Below are positions 58,888-64,000 of a stretch of 64,000 nucleotides of DNA, piece by piece. The stretch comes from an uncultured bacterium (GTDB taxonomy: Bacteria > Verrucomicrobiota > Kiritimatiellia > CAIKKV01 > CAIJXV01). Each line of letters begins with the position of its first letter. The first letter of the stretch is position 1. The DNA is taken from positions 7,318-71,317 of the forward strand of contig CAIJXV010000088.1 of the NCBI GenBank assembly GCA_903824675.1, read 5' to 3'. The notes beneath the pieces are model-generated. The model saw only the letters and a list, made by a program, of their open reading frames with translations, did not search any database and was not told the origin of the DNA. The translations under genes and the position numbers were made by a program.

Positions 58888-59261
58888 ATACAAAAGTAGA
58901 GACCCCTTACGAACAGTTGGCGAAGGTTTTTCATGAACCCAATCGGCTATCCATAGTATCCGCCCTTTGCGCGGCGGCGGAGGGGCTGACGTTCAACGAA
59001 CTTCGCGATGACTGTAATCTGACGGATGGGAACCTCAACCGGCATCTGGCCGTATTGCGCGAGGCCGGGGTAGTGCGGACCGACAAAACGTTTGTGGACG
59101 AGAAACCGAGGACAACGGTGTTTATCACGCGGACAGGACTCGACCGGTTTCAAGAGTATTTGACCGCCCTCCAGGAAGTGTTGAAGACAGCCCAGAAGGC
59201 TATTCCGTCCGATAAAAAAGCGGCGCATTTATCCGGCGCCCTCCGCGCCGTCACGCGCTAA
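58884..59261 (+). CDS. Winged-helix transcriptional regulator (HTH_34 / ArsR-PadR-like small wHTH)
   Basis: EPNRLSIVSALCAAAEGLTFNELRDDCNLTDGNLNRHLAVLREAGVVR is a winged helix-turn-helix. 125 aa. ATGA-coupled to the upstream membrane protein gene. Confidence 0.7.
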   Translation: MNTKVETPYEQLAKVFHEPNRLSIVSALCAAAEGLTFNELRDDCNLTDGNLNRHLAVLREAGVVRTDKTFVDEKPRTTVFITRTGLDRFQEYLTALQEVLKTAQKAIPSDKKAAHLSGALRAVTR

Positions 59262-59281
59262 GCGCGTGTTTTTGGTCTTAT

Positions 59282-59303
59282 ACTTTGTAATGCAGAGTAC
59301 TCT
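59282..59303. promoter_or_regulatory. 22-bp operator-like site (copy 2), 25 nt upstream of the next operon's start
   Basis: ACTTTGTAATGCAGAGTACTCT, 20/22 identical to copy 1. Flanking sequence is unrelated. The downstream TATATA is -10-like. Confidence 0.6.
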
Positions 59304-59327
59304 ATATAACAACATCTGGAGGTGGAT

Positions 59328-60104
59328 ATGAACGGTGAAGTGGGATCGGAGAAGATCGGACCGCAAACAGGCGACGCCCCAAATTCAGCTTCGCCACCGC
59401 CCCTCCCGGGGCAAAGAGCCGCCCCTTGTTCCCGGCGCGAACCCTTGCAGGCGGATGCGGGAATTCTGGCGGTGGCCGATGCTCTGCTCAAGAGTCCGGG
59501 GGCCATTAGGCAGGAGGTTTTACATCGTAACCACCGGGTTCGCTTCCTCCTTCTAGGGCTGGTGCTCGCAGGTACCGCCGCGTATGGATTGACGATGGGT
59601 TCTTTTTCCGGCGGAATGCAACTCTGGGCCGTGCCTCTAAAAACCATGAGCATGGTGCTTTTCAGCGCGTTGCTGTGCCTCCCGAGCCTTTATATTCTTA
59701 CCGCCCTGGGCGGGGGTGAACGGAATCTGACGCAGGTGGCGGGCATTTTGCTCCAGGCTCTGGGACTGACCAGCCTGCTGTTGCTGGGCTTTGCTCCGAT
59801 TGCCTGGATCTTCTCGCAGTCGACCTCTAGCCTCGGGTTCATGGGGGCGCTTCACATGGTGTTTTGGGGTATTTCACTCGCGGTCGGTCTGCGCCTGTTA
59901 TTCAAAGACGTCAATGCCGGGCAGTCGGGGCAACCGGCCGGGATGTTGGGTTTATGGTGTGTGGTGTTCTGTGCCGTTTTGTTGCAGATGGGCACGGTGC
60001 TTCGCCCTCTGATCGGCCCCGCGGATCGGGTTCTGGAGAGCGGCAAAAAATTCTTTATTGTGAATATCGGAGAGACTCTGGCGGAGGCGCCGCACGAGCG
60101 GTGA
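59328..60104 (+). CDS. Hypothetical membrane protein (paralog family A)
   Basis: SD ggagg upstream of the ATG at 59328. Multiple TM helices. Its core aligns with the next ORF (G..YG...G....L.AVK.PLL.FS.LL). Confidence 0.55.
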   Translation: MNGEVGSEKIGPQTGDAPNSASPPPLPGQRAAPCSRREPLQADAGILAVADALLKSPGAIRQEVLHRNHRVRFLLLGLVLAGTAAYGLTMGSFSGGMQLWAVPLKTMSMVLFSALLCLPSLYILTALGGGERNLTQVAGILLQALGLTSLLLLGFAPIAWIFSQSTSSLGFMGALHMVFWGISLAVGLRLLFKDVNAGQSGQPAGMLGLWCVVFCAVLLQMGTVLRPLIGPADRVLESGKKFFIVNIGETLAEAPHER

Positions 60105-60110
60105 TCGAAC

Positions 60111-60833
60111 ATGGGCAACGGACTGACCGAAATAGGAGCATTGTGTCGCATGAACCGGCTGATGGCGTCCCAACTGGCGGACGCGGATGCAGCGGGCTTG
60201 CGGCGGGTCATGGTCGGGATCGTGCTGGGAGGTCTGATTTATGGCTTTTGTTTCGGAGTCTGGCGATCCCCGTTACAAGGCCTTTATTCGGCTGTCAAAA
60301 TGCCACTCCTATTTTTCAGTGTGGTGTTGGCAAGTGCGGTGATCAATACCTTGATCGCCCGGGTGGCGGGTTGCAGCCTGCGGTTGGGACAGGTGTTGGT
60401 GTGCATGCTGACGGCCTTTGCGGTCATGGCGGCGGTGGCGGGGAGTCTGGCGCCGGTGGTGGGACTTTTTGTGATGTGCGCTCCGGTTCCTCGGAGTGAG
60501 CCGGCTGTGGCGGCACAGGCTTACCGCGCGTTGCTCCTCCTGCATGTGGGGGTATTGGCGCTGGCCGGTATCATTGGAAATCGTCGAGCCCTGCGCCTGT
60601 TGGAAACCATGGTGGGGGAGAAACGACGGGCGCGGAGGGTGGGACTGGTCTGGTTGTTGACGGCGGGATTTGTAGGCTGCCAACTCTCGTGGTTGTTCAG
60701 CCCCTTCCTTTGCAAACCGACACAGGAACCGCACCTGTTGCCGCGTGAGTATTTTCAGGAAAACTTTTATGAAAGGGTCTGGCACACGCTGCGGGCACTC
60801 AACAATCAGTCATTGGAAGAAAGGAGCGGGTGA
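60111..60833 (+). CDS. Hypothetical membrane protein (paralog family A)
   Basis: 6 nt downstream of the previous stop. TM-rich. Paralogous core to 59328..60104. Confidence 0.55.
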   Translation: MGNGLTEIGALCRMNRLMASQLADADAAGLRRVMVGIVLGGLIYGFCFGVWRSPLQGLYSAVKMPLLFFSVVLASAVINTLIARVAGCSLRLGQVLVCMLTAFAVMAAVAGSLAPVVGLFVMCAPVPRSEPAVAAQAYRALLLLHVGVLALAGIIGNRRALRLLETMVGEKRRARRVGLVWLLTAGFVGCQLSWLFSPFLCKPTQEPHLLPREYFQENFYERVWHTLRALNNQSLEERSG

Positions 60834-60834
60834 A

Positions 60835-63435
60835 ATGAAAAAATGGGCATTGATCATTTTGGTGGGATTGCCGATTCTCGGATTGTGGGGGTTGGGGCGT
60901 TTGGGTCCCGAAGAGATCGCGCCCTACTTGGAATTTCCACCTTTAACCCGGCACGTGCCCCATGCGCCGTTTTCAGCGTGGGTTTTTCTGGGGCTGGCGG
61001 CGTTCATAGTGCTGGGCATCCTTCCCTTCGTTATTGCCATGGTACGGGGACGGCTCTCCGAAGAGGTCCCGACCGAACGAGGCACGAACCGTCCATTCCC
61101 GTGGTGGGGTTGGTGCGGGTTAGCCTTTACACTGGGGGCCTGGATTATGGCTTGGACCCGGTTCCCCTGGTTTGCCGGATTCCAAGCCTTTACCTTTTCT
61201 CCCTTGTGGGTTGGATATATCGTTGTGGTCAACGCGGTCACGGCGTGGCGCAGTGGTCGCTGTATGTTGGTGGACCGGCCGCGCCAGCTGTTGGGCCTGG
61301 CACTTCTGAGCGCCGGGTTCTGGTGGTACTTCGAATATCTGAACCGTTTTGTGCAGAACTGGTATTACGTTGGGGTGGCCAACTTGTCCGCTTTCCAATA
61401 CTTCCTTTATGCCACTCTGCCTTTTGCCACTGTTTTACCTGCCGTGATGGGCACGTTTGAATTGCTCCAGACCTTTCCACGCCTGTCGACCGGGCTGAAA
61501 CATTTGCGGCCCTTGCGAATCATGCATCCGAAAGGGGCGGCGGCCTTCATCTTGCTTTTGTTCGGGTTCGCTCTGGCGGGAATTGGGGTGTGGCCCGATC
61601 TCCTTTTCCCTGTGCTTTGGCTGGCGCCCTTGGGAATCCTGACCTGTCTGCGAGTTTTGCGGGGGAAACCGACGATCTTCGCGAGCCTCGCCCAAGGAGA
61701 CTGGCGGAGTGTGATCCTGCTGGCACTGGCGGCCTTGATCTGTGGGTTCTTTTGGGAGATGTGGAACTTCGCGAGTCTGGCCAAGTGGATCTACGCGATT
61801 CCCTTCGTGAATGCGGTCCATCTTTTTGAAATGCCGATGCTCGGCTATGTCGGGTATCTGCCCTTCGGTCTCGAGTGTGCGGTGATTGCCGCGGAATTCT
61901 TTCCAGAACATCAGCCAGAGTCGCGGGCGACAGGTCCACAGCCGGTATCCAGTTCGCGGTTGGGGCGGGTGACCGGCACGGTCAACGCGGCACTGTTGGC
62001 TTTGGTTGCGGTATTCATTTTTTGGGCGCCGGCGGGTCTGTTGGTCAACAATTTACGTGATCCAGCCTGGCGGACCGGGGCGGTGCCGGAACTCGCCTGG
62101 AAACTGCATCGGAACCTGGCGCCGCGTTATGCGCAATGGGCGCGGGAGCGGGTGGCCTCGGGTCGCGCCGCGCACCTGGCGTTGCGCGATGTCCCGAGCA
62201 CCGAATGGCCGATCTTCGGTTCCGTCTATTTCTTGTGGGCCACGGAGAAATTACAACAGGAATGGGAGAAGGATCCATCGCATTCAACCGTGGCGCCCCG
62301 GGTGTATGCGCGCGAGGCCATCGAAGTGGCGGCGGATTTGGTGATGGATCCAGTTCATCACACCTGGGTTCAAACGCACTGGGGCACCAACTACCTGCAT
62401 CGGGAGAATGTATTTTTCCGTTCGTTACTCATCGCCGGCATGACGGTCCGCCAGAATCTGTTGCAGGATGATCGTCATCTGGATCAATTGCGAGATCAGG
62501 TGGAAACCCTCGCGGCGGAACTGGATGCCTCGCGGCTGGGGATTCTGAATGATTACCCCGATGAATGTTATCCGATCGACGTATTTGCCGCATGGGTTTG
62601 TATCCAACGCGCAGACCGGGTGTTGGGAACAGACCACAGCCGGTTTTTAGCACGAGCCCGTCGCGCTTTCGAAGGCCAAATGCTGGATGGCGTCGGCCTG
62701 GTGCCATTCGTTTCGGATCCCGATACCGGGGAACAATATCAACCTTCGCGGGGTACCGGTAATTCGTGGGTGCTCCTGCAGGCCCCCGAGCTATGGCCGG
62801 ACAAGGCGGCTGACTGGTATGCGCGATACGAGACGCACTTCTGGCAGGACCTGGGCTGGGCCGCCGGTTTTCGCGAGTTCGATCGGGAACTAAAGAACCC
62901 GGAGTATGAATGGGGCTATGACGTGGATTCCGGACCGATCCTGGCCGGGTTCAGTGCGGCGGCCAATGCGTTTGGGATGGCGGCTGCACGGGTGAATGGT
63001 CGGATGGACCAGGCCTGGACTTTGTCGAGCCAGGTTTTGGCCGCTACCTGGCCGCTGCCGAACGGGCAACTGCTGGGGCCCCGAATTCTCTCCAGTTCGG
63101 GGCATGCTCCTTATTTGGGTGAGGCCTGCCTGCTCTACCTGATGGTCCAGACGCCCGCATCCGGCGTGCCGGTGGTACAGGGGGGACATATGCCGCGCTG
63201 TGTTTATTATGGGCTGGCCTTTTATCTGGCGGGCGGGTTTCTGTTGCTGGGATTAGCCGCATGGATTTTCCTGCGCGCCTGGCGAGGAAAGATCCCGGTG
63301 TTTGGGTTGGGCTTTGTCATGTGGGGGATATTGTTGGCGGCAGGAATCGGGCTGGTCATAACGGGGCGAGTCGTTATGGCTGCTGCTGTGCTGGTAATGA
63401 TGCTGGTGGCACCCAGGATCCGGAAATGGGTTTGA
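60835..63435 (+). CDS. Large (866 aa) polytopic membrane protein with a ~450-aa soluble domain and a C-terminal TM bundle
   Basis: SD aaggagcggg upstream of the ATG at 60835. ~10 N-terminal TM helices rich in W, F and Y. A central hydrophilic domain. 3 C-terminal TM helices. No recognised family. Confidence 0.6.
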   Translation: MKKWALIILVGLPILGLWGLGRLGPEEIAPYLEFPPLTRHVPHAPFSAWVFLGLAAFIVLGILPFVIAMVRGRLSEEVPTERGTNRPFPWWGWCGLAFTLGAWIMAWTRFPWFAGFQAFTFSPLWVGYIVVVNAVTAWRSGRCMLVDRPRQLLGLALLSAGFWWYFEYLNRFVQNWYYVGVANLSAFQYFLYATLPFATVLPAVMGTFELLQTFPRLSTGLKHLRPLRIMHPKGAAAFILLLFGFALAGIGVWPDLLFPVLWLAPLGILTCLRVLRGKPTIFASLAQGDWRSVILLALAALICGFFWEMWNFASLAKWIYAIPFVNAVHLFEMPMLGYVGYLPFGLECAVIAAEFFPEHQPESRATGPQPVSSSRLGRVTGTVNAALLALVAVFIFWAPAGLLVNNLRDPAWRTGAVPELAWKLHRNLAPRYAQWARERVASGRAAHLALRDVPSTEWPIFGSVYFLWATEKLQQEWEKDPSHSTVAPRVYAREAIEVAADLVMDPVHHTWVQTHWGTNYLHRENVFFRSLLIAGMTVRQNLLQDDRHLDQLRDQVETLAAELDASRLGILNDYPDECYPIDVFAAWVCIQRADRVLGTDHSRFLARARRAFEGQMLDGVGLVPFVSDPDTGEQYQPSRGTGNSWVLLQAPELWPDKAADWYARYETHFWQDLGWAAGFREFDRELKNPEYEWGYDVDSGPILAGFSAAANAFGMAAARVNGRMDQAWTLSSQVLAATWPLPNGQLLGPRILSSSGHAPYLGEACLLYLMVQTPASGVPVVQGGHMPRCVYYGLAFYLAGGFLLLGLAAWIFLRAWRGKIPVFGLGFVMWGILLAAGIGLVITGRVVMAAAVLVMMLVAPRIRKWV

Positions 63436-63448
63436 AAGGAATACGGCA

Positions 63449-64000
63449 ATGAACATCAAACTGATTTCTCCACGAAGCACGATGCGGCCGATGGATTCTG
63501 CCTGGAAGACCCACATGGCGCCGCCCTTAGGCTTATTGGTGGTAGGGGCCTTGACTCCCGCTGAGCACGAAGTGCAGATGGTGGATGAGAATGTGGAATC
63601 GTTGGTGATCGACGATAACCCGCAGTTGGTCGGGATCAGCGTTAAGGTGGATACTCTGGATCGGGCGGTGGCCATAGCTCGGGCGTACTGTAGCCGGGGA
63701 GTCAAGGTTGTGATGGGCGGGATTCATGCCACCGCCTGTCCCGAAGATTGTCTGGACGAAGCCGATGCCGTGGTCGTGGGGGAGGCGGAAGAGAGCTGGC
63801 CCGGTCTTTTACAGGATATCAGTGCCGGGCGCCTGCAACGATTGTATCGGGGGAGTGGCCGCGGGGCTGATTTGGCGTCCAGTCCGGCACCGCGCTGGGA
63901 ATTATTGCGCGGTAAGAATTACCTGTTTACCAACACGTTGACCATGAGTCGGGGTTGCCCGTGGCGGTGCGAGTTTTGCTACAACAGCGCGGAGAACGTG
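63449..64000 (+). CDS. B12-binding domain radical SAM protein (5' partial, runs off the window end)
   Basis: IKLISPRS...PPLGLLVVGALTP...VGISV...VVMGGIHATACPE...VVVGEAEESWPGL is the cobalamin-binding domain. It is followed by MSRGCPWRCEFC, a CxxxCxxC radical SAM cluster motif. Absent from the ORF track because it has no stop codon within the window. Confidence 0.85.
   Translation, partial: MNIKLISPRSTMRPMDSAWKTHMAPPLGLLVVGALTPAEHEVQMVDENVESLVIDDNPQLVGISVKVDTLDRAVAIARAYCSRGVKVVMGGIHATACPEDCLDEADAVVVGEAEESWPGLLQDISAGRLQRLYRGSGRGADLASSPAPRWELLRGKNYLFTNTLTMSRGCPWRCEFCYNSAENV

Noticed and set aside
1-64000. CRISPR arrays, rRNA and tRNA genes
   Set aside because: No direct-repeat/spacer periodicity was seen. 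No rRNA-like segments are present. No cloverleaf-compatible 70-90-nt candidates turned up in the intergenic regions inspected.

Overview
This is a high-GC (~60%) chromosomal segment from a Gram-negative bacterium. The gene content suggests a PVC-superphylum organism (Verrucomicrobia, Planctomycetes or Kiritimatiellota); the pointers are autotransporter-associated beta-strand repeat proteins, N-terminal double-transmembrane BatA-like proteins, DUF4159 and giant parallel beta-helix proteins. This is an inference, with no database check.

Layout, left to right:
- 1-6.8 kb: a phosphate-selective-type porin and a small winged-helix-like ORF, then a complete pstS-pstC-pstA-pstB-phoU operon.
- 7-22 kb: a secreted beta-strand repeat protein, a GHMP sugar kinase coupled to GalU, Skp/OmpH, RlmB, a GH30 hydrolase, an OmpA-family coiled-coil protein carrying a perfect 288-bp tandem duplication, a LolA-like protein, an RRM RNA-binding protein and a glutathione peroxidase.
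- 23-24 kb: an IS481-like transposase remnant that has replaced most of a sigma-54-type regulator.
- 24-29 kb: a DEAD-box helicase, a GH42-like hydrolase and a DegT aminotransferase.
- 29.2-30.9 kb: a decayed low-GC patch holding an orphan DUF4118 sensor module and a frameshifted phosphodiester glycosidase pseudogene.
- 31-51 kb (the main system): one ~20-kb translationally coupled operon of moxR, DUF58, two giant TM-vWA BatA/BatB-like proteins, a 1224-aa membrane protein, two secreted hypotheticals, a 1190-aa PA14-PKD-TPR protein, an internally duplicated secreted protein and a tandem-DUF4159 protein. This is a greatly expanded and uncharacterised Bat/MoxR-vWA type system. A 27-bp-stem hairpin sits between moxR and the DUF58 gene.
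- 51-58 kb: a ~2150-aa beta-helix surface protein gene split into two ORFs by a G10 homopolymer. One fewer G restores the frame, so this is either a phase-variation candidate or a sequencing error.
- 58-64 kb: a winged-helix regulator flanked by two copies of the same 22-bp palindromic site, one in front of each adjacent operon. Those operons encode paralogous small membrane proteins, an 866-aa polytopic membrane protein and a B12-binding radical-SAM enzyme.

No rRNA, tRNA or CRISPR array was recognised. A possible structured ncRNA lies upstream of the RRM gene.
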